Assembly: GCA_963749075.1 (NCBI GenBank)
Contig: CAVVLJ010000020.1
Span: forward strand, 160,001-224,000
Direction of reading: 5' to 3'
Length of the DNA: 64,000 nt
Source of the DNA: an uncultured Pseudomonadota bacterium
GTDB taxonomy: Bacteria > Pseudomonadota > Alphaproteobacteria > JACZXZ01
A model generated the notes under the pieces. It made no database searches and was not told the DNA's origin. It saw only the letters and a list, made by a program, of their open reading frames with translations. Of this stretch, positions 22,031 through 32,832 are shown piece by piece; the stretch's first letter is position 1; every line of letters begins with the position of its first letter. The translations under genes were made by a program, and so were the position numbers.

Positions 22031-22915
22031 ATGATCCCCGAGTGCCACGCCGCCGCTTATCTCGCCGCACTCCTCGAGCGCTGCTCGCTCGAGGTCTCGG
22101 CGCGCGATGCCACGGTTGCAGGCCGTCTCCGCGGCCGCCTCGACCCGGGAAGCCGGGTCTTCATCAGCTTTCCGCCGGGCGAGACCCATCACCGCATCGT
22201 GGCGACCGCGGCGGCGCTCAAGCGCTGCGGCTTCGATCCGGTGCCCCACGTGGCCGCGCGCAACCTCGCGAGCTACACGCAGCTCGACGACTATCTGCGC
22301 CGCGCCGCGGGCGACGCCGGTGTCAAGAGCGCCCTCGTCATTGCCGGCGACGCGGCGCAGCCGATCGGCCCCTTCGCCTCCAGCATCGACGCCATCGAGA
22401 CCGGCCTCTTCGAGCGCCACGGCATCCGCTCGCTCGGCATCGCCGGCCATCCCGAGGGGGCGCCGCGGGTGACGCCCCAGACGCTCGAGGCAGCACTCGC
22501 CGCCAAGCTCGAGCTCGCCCGGCGGCATGGGCTCGATCTGTGGATCGCCACGCAATTCTGCTTCGAGGCAGCCCCCATCGTCGCCTGGATCGCGGCCGTC
22601 CGTGCGCACGGCATCGCGCTCCCGGTGCGCATCGGGCTTGCCGGTCCGGCGGGCGTGGCGACGCTCCTCAAGTTTGCACTCCGCTGCGGCATCGGTAATT
22701 CGCTGCGCGCGCTCCACGCCCACGCGGACTCGCTCACCCGGCTCTTGGGCGAGGGTGCCCCCGACGAGCTCGTGCGTGCGCTGGCCGATGCCTTCCACAA
22801 CGACCCCGGCCGCGGCCTCTTGGGCCTTCACTTCTTCACCTTCGGCGGTGTTATGCGCACGCTCGACTGGCTCGCCGGCTTGCGCGCCGCTGAGGGCGCG
22901 CGGCCGCCGCCCTAG
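22031..22915 (+). CDS. Methylenetetrahydrofolate reductase-like protein (MetF family)
   Basis: PVPHVAAR, LVIAGD, GIAGHPEG, ATQFCFE, LHFFTFGG. Confidence 0.82.
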   Translation: MIPECHAAAYLAALLERCSLEVSARDATVAGRLRGRLDPGSRVFISFPPGETHHRIVATAAALKRCGFDPVPHVAARNLASYTQLDDYLRRAAGDAGVKSALVIAGDAAQPIGPFASSIDAIETGLFERHGIRSLGIAGHPEGAPRVTPQTLEAALAAKLELARRHGLDLWIATQFCFEAAPIVAWIAAVRAHGIALPVRIGLAGPAGVATLLKFALRCGIGNSLRALHAHADSLTRLLGEGAPDELVRALADAFHNDPGRGLLGLHFFTFGGVMRTLDWLAGLRAAEGARPPP

Positions 22916-22920
22916 GCGCG

Positions 22921-23769
22921 CTAACTCCGCGCCAGCGCCGCGTAGTCCTCCGGCGAGAGTTGGAGCTCGGCCGCGGCCAGGTTCTCCTCGAAATGCTCGA
23001 GCGACGAGGTGCCGGGGATGGGCAGCATGACGGGCGAGCGCTGCAGGAGCCAGGCGAGTGCGATCTGGGAGGGCGAGGCGCTGTGACGCTTGGCGATCTC
23101 GGCGAGCTTGCTCCGCGGTCCGGCGAGCGCACCCGCGGCGAGGGGGAACCAGGGGATGAAGGCGATGCCGTCCTTGGCGCAGGCGTCGATCACGCGGTCG
23201 GAGCCGCGGTCGCTCAGGTTGTAGCGGTTCTGCACCGAGACGATCTCCGCCGCCTTGCGCGCCCGTGCCAACTGCTGCACCGTCACGTTGGAGACGCCGA
23301 TGTGGCGGATCTTGCCCGCCTTCTGGAGATCGACGAGGGCGCCGAGCGAATCCTCGAGCGGCACGCGGCTGTCGACCGTGTGGAGCTGGTAGAGGTCGAT
23401 GCGCGCGAGCTTGAGCCGCTTCAAGCTGCCCTCGCAGGCCTCGCGCAGATGGGCCGGTCGGCAATCGGCGTCCCAGCGGCCCGCACTCGGGCGCACGAGG
23501 CCGCCCTTGGTGGCGATGACCAGGCCCTTGGGATAGGGATGGAGCGCCTCGGCGATGAGCCGCTCGCTGACATCGGGACCGTAGGAGTCCGCCGTGTCGA
23601 TGAAATCGACGCCGCGCTCGACCACGCGGCGGAGGAGGGCGAGCGCCGCCGCGCGGTCGGGCGGCTCGCCCCACACGCCGCGGCCCGTCACGCGCATGGC
23701 GCCGAAGCCGAGCCGCTTGACCTTGAGGTCGCGGCCGATGGCGAGCGTCGCCGGCATGCTTGCCGCCAT
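22921..23769 (-). CDS. Aldo/keto reductase
   Basis: RLGFGAMR, DTADSYG, IDLYQLH, GKIRHIGVSN, PIPGTSS. Confidence 0.95.
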   Translation of the reverse strand: MAASMPATLAIGRDLKVKRLGFGAMRVTGRGVWGEPPDRAAALALLRRVVERGVDFIDTADSYGPDVSERLIAEALHPYPKGLVIATKGGLVRPSAGRWDADCRPAHLREACEGSLKRLKLARIDLYQLHTVDSRVPLEDSLGALVDLQKAGKIRHIGVSNVTVQQLARARKAAEIVSVQNRYNLSDRGSDRVIDACAKDGIAFIPWFPLAAGALAGPRSKLAEIAKRHSASPSQIALAWLLQRSPVMLPIPGTSSLEHFEENLAAAELQLSPEDYAALARS

Positions 23770-23904
23770 TGTCCACCTCTCTCTTCCCGGCTACCCTCTC
23801 CCGAGCGAGGGCGCGCCGCGCAAGCGTTACGCGATAGGGCGGCGGGAGGCAACCCTCGGCAATGAGGTCCGCATGGCCAAGCTCAAGACCCGCGGCCTCC
23901 GCTC

Positions 23905-24375
23905 ATGACGGCAGGCGGCGGCGCCGAGGATACTTCCGAGCCGCTTCCCGCGAGCGCCATCCGCATCACCGACGACATCGTCCTCGCCGGCAACGAGATC
24001 GAGGAGAGCTTCGTCCGCGCTTCCGGGCCGGGCGGGCAGAACGTCAACAAGCTCTCGACCGCCGTCAAGCTCCGCTTCGACGTGCGCCGCTCGCCCTCGC
24101 TGCCCGCGGCCGTGCGCGCGCGGCTCGAGCGCCTCGCCGGCCGCCGGCTCAGCAAGGAGGGCGTGCTCGTCATCACGGCCCAGCGCCACCGCACGCAAGC
24201 GCAGAACCGCCGCGACGCCCTCGAGCGCCTGATCGAGCTCATCCGCGAGGCCGCCCGGCCGCCCACGCCGAGGAAGCCGACGCGGCCGAGTGCCGGCGAG
24301 CGCCGCCGCCGGCGCGAGACGAAAGCGCGCCGCGCGGCCGTGAAGCGCCTGCGCGCCCAGCCGGGGGAGGAGTGA
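23905..24375 (+). CDS. arfB: Alternative ribosome rescue peptidyl-tRNA hydrolase ArfB
   Basis: RASGPGGQNVNK, RTQAQNR, basic tail RKPTRPS..RRRETK. Confidence 0.93.
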   Translation: MTAGGGAEDTSEPLPASAIRITDDIVLAGNEIEESFVRASGPGGQNVNKLSTAVKLRFDVRRSPSLPAAVRARLERLAGRRLSKEGVLVITAQRHRTQAQNRRDALERLIELIREAARPPTPRKPTRPSAGERRRRRETKARRAAVKRLRAQPGEE

Positions 24376-24383
24376 CGCCGCCC

Positions 24384-24980
24384 TCAATAGCGCGCGTAGC
24401 TATTGACGAGGTCGAGGGCGTCGGCGGCAGCGCCGAAGGGTGCGAGATCGAGGGCGTCGCTCGGGTAAGGCGCCCTCGCTTCGATGAAGGCGAGGAAATC
24501 GCGCTTGTCTGCGCTCCCCGCTGAGAAGAGGCGGAATTGCACCGTCTCGGGGCGCGCGGCGAAATTCGCCTCGAGCCCGGCAAGGAGGGCAGGCTCGGCC
24601 GAGGCCCCGAGGGCGCGGAAGCGCAGCAGGGTCGCCCGGCCCGCCGTGCTGCTGCTCGAGGTGCTGCCGGGGTAGAGCTGGGCGCCGCTCGCCCGGTAGT
24701 TGCCGCGCACGCTCGCTAGCACGCGCTTGGTCCAGGGGCTCGAATTCTCGCCGGCCACGCGGAGATAGGCGGGGGTCTGCGTCACCTCGGGGCTCGCGAG
24801 ATCGTAGAAGGCGAGATAGCGCGGCCAGCCCGCAAGGCAGACGAAGCGCACGGCCGTCTCGAAGCCGGGCACGGCGAGGCGCTCGGCCAGGTGCTCGGTG
24901 TCGTACCAGGCATTGAACTCCTCCTCGAGCGCCGGCGGCGGCTCCATCATCGCGAGGAGGAAGCCCTTCTGCTGCGCCAT
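24384..24980 (-). CDS. Hypothetical protein (DUF4286/EthD-like alpha-beta barrel)
   Basis: EEEFNAWYDTEHLAERLAVPGF, YLAFYDL, SPWT. Confidence 0.65.
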   Translation of the reverse strand: MAQQKGFLLAMMEPPPALEEEFNAWYDTEHLAERLAVPGFETAVRFVCLAGWPRYLAFYDLASPEVTQTPAYLRVAGENSSPWTKRVLASVRGNYRASGAQLYPGSTSSSSTAGRATLLRFRALGASAEPALLAGLEANFAARPETVQFRLFSAGSADKRDFLAFIEARAPYPSDALDLAPFGAAADALDLVNSYARY

Positions 24981-25007
24981 TGGTCAGCTCCGATTCAGTG
25001 TGGCGAA

Positions 25008-25165
25008 GCAGTACTTGGAATCGTTGTCGCGCGGTAGACCCCCCTCCCCAACCCTCCCCCTCATGGGGGGAGGGGGCTACGCGCTGAGCATGCTCTAAAT
25101 TTCCCTTCCCCCCTTGAGGGGGAGGGTAGGGAGGGGGGTATGTCCGCAACAATGGCGAGCCCTAT
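25008..25165. repeat. Family B MITE-like element
   Basis: CCCCCTCCCCAACCCTCCCCC..GGGGGAGGG and an inverted partner; flanks align with 7136-7295. Confidence 0.85.
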
Positions 25166-26142
25166 GGCAATAGGATGCTGCTCCCCATCGTGCGCCGGGC
25201 TTGCAGGTCGGCATGCGCGCGCGCGGCTTCGGCGAGGGGGTAGCGGCGGCCGACCTCGACCTTGACGATGCCGGCGGCGAGAGCTGCGAAGAGCTGACGC
25301 GCGCGCTCGAGGAGCTCGCCCCGCTCCGTCGTATGGCTGACGAAGGCAGGGCTCGTCACATAGAGCGAGCCGAGCCCGTTGAGCCGGAAGAGATCGAAGG
25401 GCGGGATCGGCCCCGAGGCCGTGCCGAAGGAGACGAGGAGGCCGCGCGGCGCCAGCGACCGGAGCGAGCCCTCGAAGCTGTCCAGGCCCACCGAATCATA
25501 GACGACCGCGACACCCTTGCCGCCGGTCAAGCGCCTGACGGCCGCGGCAAAGTCCTCCTTGGCGTAGAGGATCGTCGCGTCGCAGCCGTGCCGGCGGGCC
25601 GCCGCCGCCTTCTCCTCGCTCCCCACCGTGCCGATGACGCGCGCGCCGAGATGCTTCGCCCATTGGCAGAGGATGCTGCCGACCCCGCCCGCCGCGGCAT
25701 GGACGAGGATGGTGTCGCCCGGCTTCACTTCATAGGTGGTGAAGAGGAGGTAGTGGGCGGTAAGCCCCTTCGTCATCAGAGCTGCGGCGAGCTCCTCGGA
25801 GATGCCTGCGGGAAGCGGCACCAGTCGCTCCGCGGGCATGGTGCGGAGATCGGCGTAGGCGCCCACGGGGAGGGACGAGTAGGCCACGCGGTTGCCGGGC
25901 GAGAGCTCCGCGACCTCGGCGCCCACCGCCTCGACGACGCCGGCCGCCTCGGTGCCGATGGGCGACGGGTAGGCGGGCAAGGGATAACGGCCGCTCCTGT
26001 GCTGGATGTCGATGTAGTTGAGGCCGACCGCGGTCTGCCGGATGAGCACCTCGCCTGAGCCCGGCGCTGGCGCCTCGCAAGGCTGGTAGCGCAGGACCTC
26101 GGGCCCTCCCGGCCGCGCAATGGTCACCCGATTGGCGCGCAT
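25162..26142 (-). CDS. NADPH:quinone oxidoreductase (zeta-crystallin/Qor family)
   Basis: GGPEVL, GLNYID..RSGRYP, HAAAGGVG, YDSVG, FGTASG. Confidence 0.93.
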   Translation of the reverse strand: MRANRVTIARPGGPEVLRYQPCEAPAPGSGEVLIRQTAVGLNYIDIQHRSGRYPLPAYPSPIGTEAAGVVEAVGAEVAELSPGNRVAYSSLPVGAYADLRTMPAERLVPLPAGISEELAAALMTKGLTAHYLLFTTYEVKPGDTILVHAAAGGVGSILCQWAKHLGARVIGTVGSEEKAAAARRHGCDATILYAKEDFAAAVRRLTGGKGVAVVYDSVGLDSFEGSLRSLAPRGLLVSFGTASGPIPPFDLFRLNGLGSLYVTSPAFVSHTTERGELLERARQLFAALAAGIVKVEVGRRYPLAEAARAHADLQARRTMGSSILLP

Positions 26143-26229
26143 GGCTCGTCCTCTGAAGCGGCGCCGCACTTGCAGCCGCCGAAGCATGTGGTACTCTTTG
26201 CCGACAATGGATGCGAGAGGGGAAAAGCA

Positions 26230-27009
26230 ATGAACGTCGTCGCACCGATGGCCTCGAGCCGCCTGCCCAATGCCGCCGAATGGCTGGCGCGCGTCGACCT
26301 CGCGGCGGCGCACCGCCTGGCCGTCATGCACGGCTTCAACGAGGGCATCTTCAACCATCTGACCCTCGCGGTGCCGGGGCGCAACGACCGCTTCCTCCTC
26401 AACCCCTTCGGCCTCCATTGGTCGGAGGTGACGGCGAGCTGCTTCATGGAGGTCGGCTACGACGGCAGCCTCTTGAGCGGCGAAGGCGAGATCGAGCGCT
26501 CGGCCTTCTGCATCCACGCGCCGATCCACCGCCTCAACCCGGACGCCGCCTGCGTGCTCCACACCCACATGCCCTACGCGAGTGCTTTGACCAGGCTCAA
26601 GGATCCGCGCATCGAGGCGATCGGCCAGACCGAGATCGGCTTCCTCCGCATCGTCGCCTATGACGAGAGCTATACCGGCCTCGCCTACGATCCGGCGGAG
26701 GGCGAGCGTCTCGCCGGCGTGCTCGGCGACAGGAAGATACTCTTCATGGCCAATCACGGCGTGCTCTCGGTCGGCAAGACCGTGGCCGAAGCCTACGACC
26801 ATCTCTACTACCTCGAGCGCGCCTGCCAGGTGCAGCTCCTCGCCATGTCGAGCGGCAAGAAGCTCAAGCACGTCCCCGACGCCGTGGTCAAGCGCACCCA
26901 GGAGCAGTACGACGAGTCGCCGGTCTACGGCGGCAAGCCCGCCTGCGAGCACCATTTCGCGGCCCTCAAGCGCATCCTCGACCGCCACGAGGCGGACTAC
27001 CGCGAATAA
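26230..27009 (+). CDS. Class II aldolase/adducin family protein
   Basis: EGIFNHLT, LNPFGLHWSEVTAS, SAFCIH, LHTHMPY, MANHG. Confidence 0.92.
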   Translation: MNVVAPMASSRLPNAAEWLARVDLAAAHRLAVMHGFNEGIFNHLTLAVPGRNDRFLLNPFGLHWSEVTASCFMEVGYDGSLLSGEGEIERSAFCIHAPIHRLNPDAACVLHTHMPYASALTRLKDPRIEAIGQTEIGFLRIVAYDESYTGLAYDPAEGERLAGVLGDRKILFMANHGVLSVGKTVAEAYDHLYYLERACQVQLLAMSSGKKLKHVPDAVVKRTQEQYDESPVYGGKPACEHHFAALKRILDRHEADYRE

Positions 27010-27033
27010 GGCGCCGTCGCCGCGGGGGGCGTC

Positions 27034-28281
27034 ATGGACGCGGGGCGGCAGGCGCTCCTTGAGGCGATCGAGCGCGATCGCGGCAGCATCCTCGATTTCT
27101 ACCGCGGCTTCATCCGCGCCAGGAGCCCGAACCCGCCGGGCGACACGCGCGCGGCGGCAGGGCATATCGCAAAACGTCTCGCGGCCGAGGGCATAGCCTT
27201 CCGCACCATAGCCCCGCAGGAGACGATGCCCAACATCGTCGCGAGCTTCGAGTGCGGCTCGCCGGGCCGCCACCTCGTGCTCAACGGCCACATCAACGTC
27301 TTCCCGGTGGGCGACGGCGCCGGCTGGACGCACGACCCCTGGGGCGCCGAGCTGGTGGACGGCAAGATCTACGGCCGCGGCGCCTGCGACATGAAGGCGG
27401 GCACCACCGCCTCCATCTTCACCTTCCTCTATCTCAACCGCATGCGCGATGCGCTCAAGGGCAAGCTCACGCTCACCTGCGTCTCGGACGAGGAGACCTT
27501 CGGACCCTGGGGTGCGCGCTACCTCATCGAGCATCATCCCGAGCTTCACGGCGACTGCCTCTTGAACGGCGAGCCGAGCGGCCTCAACACCATCCGCTTC
27601 GGCGAGAAGGGGCCGCTGTGGCTCGCCTTCACCGTGCGCACGCCGGGGGCGCACGGCGCCTACACGCACTGGAGCGCGAGCGCCACCAAGATCGCCGGCA
27701 AGCTCATCGCCGAGCTCGAGGCGGTCTCGCGCCTCGCCTCGCGCGCACCCGACAACGTGGTGCGCGCGCTCGACGCCGCCGCACCGGCCGTCGACGCCGC
27801 CATGGGGAAGGGGGCTGCCGGCATCGTGCAGCAGGTGACGCTCAACGTCGGCGTGATCGCGGGCGGCCTCAAGGTCAACATGGTGCCGGGCCAGTGCCGC
27901 TTCGAGGCGGACATCCGCCTGCCGCTCGGCGTCGAGAAGGAGGCGGTGATGCGCGAGGTGCGTCGCATCCTCGCAGCCTTCCCCGAGGCCGCGGTCGAGG
28001 AGATCAACTACAGCCCGCCCTCGTGGTGCGATCCCTATGGCGAGATGGTGGAGATCCTGCGCTTGAACGCGCACGCCGTCTCCGGCCTCGAGCCGGTGCC
28101 CATCGTGAGCCTCGGCGGCACCGACGCGCGGCTCTGGCGCTATAAGGGCGTGCCCGCCTACGTCTATGGCCCGCCGCCGCGCGGCATGGGCTCCCACGAC
28201 GAGCACGTCGCGGTCGAGGACTTCTTCCGCGTGCTCACCACCCACGTCCTCTCCGCCTACGATTATCTGAGCCGGGCCTGA
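27034..28281 (+). CDS. M20 metallopeptidase (ArgE/DapE family deacylase)
   Basis: LNGHINV (D to N at the usual HxD), GRGACDMK, DEE, GEP, GGTDAR, HDE. Confidence 0.9.
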   Translation: MDAGRQALLEAIERDRGSILDFYRGFIRARSPNPPGDTRAAAGHIAKRLAAEGIAFRTIAPQETMPNIVASFECGSPGRHLVLNGHINVFPVGDGAGWTHDPWGAELVDGKIYGRGACDMKAGTTASIFTFLYLNRMRDALKGKLTLTCVSDEETFGPWGARYLIEHHPELHGDCLLNGEPSGLNTIRFGEKGPLWLAFTVRTPGAHGAYTHWSASATKIAGKLIAELEAVSRLASRAPDNVVRALDAAAPAVDAAMGKGAAGIVQQVTLNVGVIAGGLKVNMVPGQCRFEADIRLPLGVEKEAVMREVRRILAAFPEAAVEEINYSPPSWCDPYGEMVEILRLNAHAVSGLEPVPIVSLGGTDARLWRYKGVPAYVYGPPPRGMGSHDEHVAVEDFFRVLTTHVLSAYDYLSRA

Positions 28282-28310
28282 TATTGCTGTCGCTCGCATC
28301 GGCGTGGGAG

Positions 28311-28423
28311 GTCCTTCGAGACGCAACCCTGTCGGGTTGCTCCTCAGGATGAGGTGGATTTGTGCGTGGCAGAAAGACTTTTCCTCGTCCTGAGGAGCGA
28401 GCGCAGCGAGCGTCTCGAAGGAC
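28311..28423. repeat. Family C palindromic doublet (TCCTTCGAGACG..CTCCTCAGGATGAGG / inverted)
   Basis: Matches 29691 and 41820 copies. Confidence 0.88.
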
Positions 28424-28540
28424 CCGCCGTCCGTGGTCCGAGGCGTCTTTGCGCAGGCTCGTCCGCGTTTTTGTGTTGCGGAATTCGCGGCATCGCGCGC
28501 ACTCTTGAGGCGGGAGAGCAATCACGAAAAGGGGGTCAAA

Positions 28541-29665
28541 ATGCGCGAACCTCAATCGTTCCAGGCCGATTGCATCGAGCTGGCGGTGCGCCGCTTCCGC
28601 CGCGGCGAGGTCGATCGCCGCAGCTTCCTTGCCGGCTTAGCTGCGCTCGGAGCGCTCCCGGCGCTCGCCGCCGGCGGCCGGGCCTTTGCCGCGGATGCCA
28701 AGGAGCTGGTCATCGCCAACTGGGGCGGCATCGCCAACGAGGCCATGGGCCGCTACTACGGCCAGCCCTTCGAGGGTGAGCACGCGGGCGTCAAGGTGAC
28801 GACCGACAGCGGCGGGCCGTCCGGCGGCAAGATCCGCGCCATGGTCGAGAGCGGCCACGTGACCTGGGACATCTGCGACAGCTCGGCGAGCAGCTCGATC
28901 TGGCTCGGCGGCCTCGGGCTCCTGGAGCCGATCGACTATAAGGTCGTCGACAAGGCGAACGTGCCGCCCGTCGGCTTCGCCTATCCCAATGGCGTCGCAC
29001 CCTATTCCTTCAGCACCGTGCTCGCCTACGACAAGGCGAAGGTGGGCGGCGAGCCGCCCAAGAATTGGGCAGATTTCTGGGATATCAAGAAATTTCCGGG
29101 ACGGCGCGTCTTGCGCCACGACGCGCTCGGCACGCTCGAGCTCGCCGTGATGGCCGCAGGCGTGCCCATCGACAAGGTCTATCCCATCGACGTGAAGCTG
29201 GCGCTCGACAAGATCAAGGAGATCAAGGAGCACTGCATCTACTGGAACTCCGGCTCCGAGTCCGAGCAGATCATCCGCACGGGCGAGGCGGTGATGGGCG
29301 GCATCTGGCATACCCGCGCCACGGTGCTGTCGCGCGAGTCGAACGACCGCATGAGCTGGACCTGGAACCAGGGCGTGCTGCAGGCCGGCATCTTCGTGGT
29401 GCCCAAGGGCAATCCCGGGGGTGCCCTGGCACAGCAGTTGCTAGCCTCGATGACGTCGAAGCCCGAGCCGCAGATCGGTCTCCTCGGCATGCTCGGCAAC
29501 GGGCCGACCAACCCGAAGGCGATCGCCATGGTGCCGCCCGAGCTCAAGCGCTACAACCCGAGCGACCCGGAGAATGCCAAGGTCCAGGTGGTGAACAGCG
29601 GCGAATGGTGGGGCGCCAACTACCCCGACGCCAACGCCAAGTACGTGGACGCCGTCGCCTCCTGA
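28541..29665 (+). CDS. PotD/PotF-like ABC substrate-binding protein, Tat signal
   Basis: DRRSFL Tat motif, IANWGG, KIRAMVESG.VTWD, WADFWDIKKFPGRR. Confidence 0.9.
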   Translation: MREPQSFQADCIELAVRRFRRGEVDRRSFLAGLAALGALPALAAGGRAFAADAKELVIANWGGIANEAMGRYYGQPFEGEHAGVKVTTDSGGPSGGKIRAMVESGHVTWDICDSSASSSIWLGGLGLLEPIDYKVVDKANVPPVGFAYPNGVAPYSFSTVLAYDKAKVGGEPPKNWADFWDIKKFPGRRVLRHDALGTLELAVMAAGVPIDKVYPIDVKLALDKIKEIKEHCIYWNSGSESEQIIRTGEAVMGGIWHTRATVLSRESNDRMSWTWNQGVLQAGIFVVPKGNPGGALAQQLLASMTSKPEPQIGLLGMLGNGPTNPKAIAMVPPELKRYNPSDPENAKVQVVNSGEWWGANYPDANAKYVDAVAS

Positions 29666-29690
29666 AGTTCCAGGGGCATCGCTTATGGCC

Positions 29691-29917
29691 GCCTCGCCCT
29701 TCGAGACGCGCGCCCGGCGCGCAGGCGCGCCTCTTTTGCATCATGCAAGAGAGCGGGCCTTCGGCCCGCAGCGCGCAGGCGCGCCTCTTTTGCATCATGC
29801 AAGAGAGCGGGCCTTCGGCCCGCGGCGCGCTCCTCAGGGTGAGGCGGCCCCCACGTTTGGCGGATTTCCTCATCCTGAGGAGGGCCGCAGGCCCGTCTCG
29901 AAGGATGAGGAAATCCG
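29691..29917. repeat. Family C element containing a nested 54-bp tandem duplication (29717-29770, 29771-29824)
   Basis: Direct inspection. Confidence 0.88.
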
Positions 29918-30010
29918 AGACGCACCAAATGCGATTGCGCTGCTTGAGGAGCGGGCCTCCCGAGGGGCTGGTGTGTCGTGCGGCATCCCTCCTCGAGCGA
30001 GCCCGCGGCG

Positions 30011-31105
<1,095 letters not shown>

Positions 31106-31124
31106 CGGCCGCCGGCGCCTCGCC

Positions 31125-32006
31125 ATGAGCCGCCCGCCCGCCGCGGCGGCGAGCACGGCCGAGCGGCCCCCGCGGCTCGGCGCGAATGCGGTCTATTGGC
31201 TGCTCACGGCGCCGGCGGTCATCCTCCTCGCGGCCTTCTACCTCTATCCCCTCGCGAGCGTGCTCTGGATCAGCGTGAGCGAGCCCAAGCCCGGCCTCGG
31301 CAATTACGCGCTCCTCTGGAGCTCGGGCGCCGTGCAGCACGTGCTGCTGACGACCGCGCGCATCTCCGCGCTCACCACGGCGATCGCCGTCCTCCTCGGC
31401 TATGCCGTCGCCTATGCGCTCGTGCATGCCTCGCCGCGGGCGCGGCGCTGGCTCTTCGCCGGCGTGCTGCTGCCGCTCTGGATCTCGGTCCTGGCGCGCG
31501 CCTTCGCCTGGGTGACACTCTTGGGCAGCCAGGGCCTGATCAACCAGCTCCTTATGGCCCTCGACCTCATCCGCCAGCCGCTCCCGCTCATGTGGAACGA
31601 GCTCGGCATCGTCATCGGCATGGTGCACTACATGCTGCCCTACGCCATCCTGCCGCTCTACGCGAATATGCGGCAGATCGACGCGCGCCTCCTGGCGGCC
31701 GCGCGCGGGCTCGGTGCCACGCGGCTCGAGAGCTTCTTCCGCGTTTTCCTGCCCTTGAGCCTGCCGGGCATCGTCGGCGCCGGCGTGCTCGTCTTCATCT
31801 TCTCCTTGGGCTTCTTCGTGACGCCGGCGATCCTCGGCGGCAACCGCATCCTGATGATCGCGCAATACATCAGCATCCAGATCCTCGACGTGGTGCGCTG
31901 GGGCCTCGGCGCCATGCTGGCGACGGTGCTGATGGCGACCGTCTTGGGCCTGATGGCGCTCCTCGCGCGCATCCTCGATTTCCGCCGCCTCTTCGGAGCC
32001 GGCTGA
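31125..32006 (+). CDS. PotB-like ABC permease
   Basis: LPLWISVLAR, HYMLPY, AARGLGA, FFVTPAILGG. Confidence 0.92.
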   Translation: MSRPPAAAASTAERPPRLGANAVYWLLTAPAVILLAAFYLYPLASVLWISVSEPKPGLGNYALLWSSGAVQHVLLTTARISALTTAIAVLLGYAVAYALVHASPRARRWLFAGVLLPLWISVLARAFAWVTLLGSQGLINQLLMALDLIRQPLPLMWNELGIVIGMVHYMLPYAILPLYANMRQIDARLLAAARGLGATRLESFFRVFLPLSLPGIVGAGVLVFIFSLGFFVTPAILGGNRILMIAQYISIQILDVVRWGLGAMLATVLMATVLGLMALLARILDFRRLFGAG

Positions 32007-32007
32007 G

Positions 32008-32814
32008 ATGGAGCGGCTCGCAGGCTCGCCCTTGAGCCGCTCGCTCGCCTGGACGATCGTGCTCTTCCTGGTGCTGCCGGTCGCCGTCGTGGTGCCGGTC
32101 TCCCTCACCGACCAGCGCTTCCTCTCGCTGCCGTACCACCACCTCTCGCTGCAGTATTACGAGCGGCTCTTCACCAGCGAGGCCTGGCTCTCCTCGATCG
32201 CCCAGAGCCTCGTGATCGCACTGGCTGCGACGCTCATCGCGGTCGCGGCCGGCACGCTCGCTGCCGTCGGCTGCTGGCGCATCAACAGCCGCCTGGCCGA
32301 GCTCGTGCGCCTCGTCATGCTGGCGCCCATCATCGTGCCGACCATCGTCTATGCGCTCGGCATCTACCGCATGTGGATCTCGCTCAGGCTGCTCGATAGC
32401 TATCTCGGCGTCATCCTGGCGCACGGCGTCACCGCCGTCCCTTACGTGGTCGTCACGGTCTCGACGGCACTCGCCGGCTTCGACGCGCGCCTCGAGCAGG
32501 CGGCGCGCAACCTCGGCGCCTCGGTCGGCCAAACGCTGCGCCTGGTCATCCTGCCCAACATCATGCCCGGCGTCGTCTCGGGCGCCATCTTCGCCTTCAT
32601 CCACTCCTGGGACGAGCTGGTGATCGTGCTCTTCATCGCGAGCCGCCACATCTTCACGCTCCCGCGCCGCATCTGGGACGGCATCAACGACAACATCGAC
32701 CCGACCATGGCCGCCGTCGCGGTGGTGCTGATCGCCGTCGCCTCGGCGCTCCTGGTCGTCGATCTCCTGCTGTTCCGGCGCGGCACGAAAAATGCTAAAG
32801 AGTCGGCTAGGTAG
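32008..32814 (+). CDS. PotC-like ABC permease
   Basis: APIIVPTIV, LEQAARNLGA, SWDELVI. Confidence 0.92.
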   Translation: MERLAGSPLSRSLAWTIVLFLVLPVAVVVPVSLTDQRFLSLPYHHLSLQYYERLFTSEAWLSSIAQSLVIALAATLIAVAAGTLAAVGCWRINSRLAELVRLVMLAPIIVPTIVYALGIYRMWISLRLLDSYLGVILAHGVTAVPYVVVTVSTALAGFDARLEQAARNLGASVGQTLRLVILPNIMPGVVSGAIFAFIHSWDELVIVLFIASRHIFTLPRRIWDGINDNIDPTMAAVAVVLIAVASALLVVDLLLFRRGTKNAKESAR

Positions 32815-32832
32815 GACGAAAGGGGAGTGGCG

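Noticed and set aside
25162-28521. 1119-aa minus-strand ORF
   Set aside because: Only 25162-26142 (Qor) is real; the rest is the antisense shadow of the aldolase and M20 genes plus a repeat, as is common in high-GC DNA
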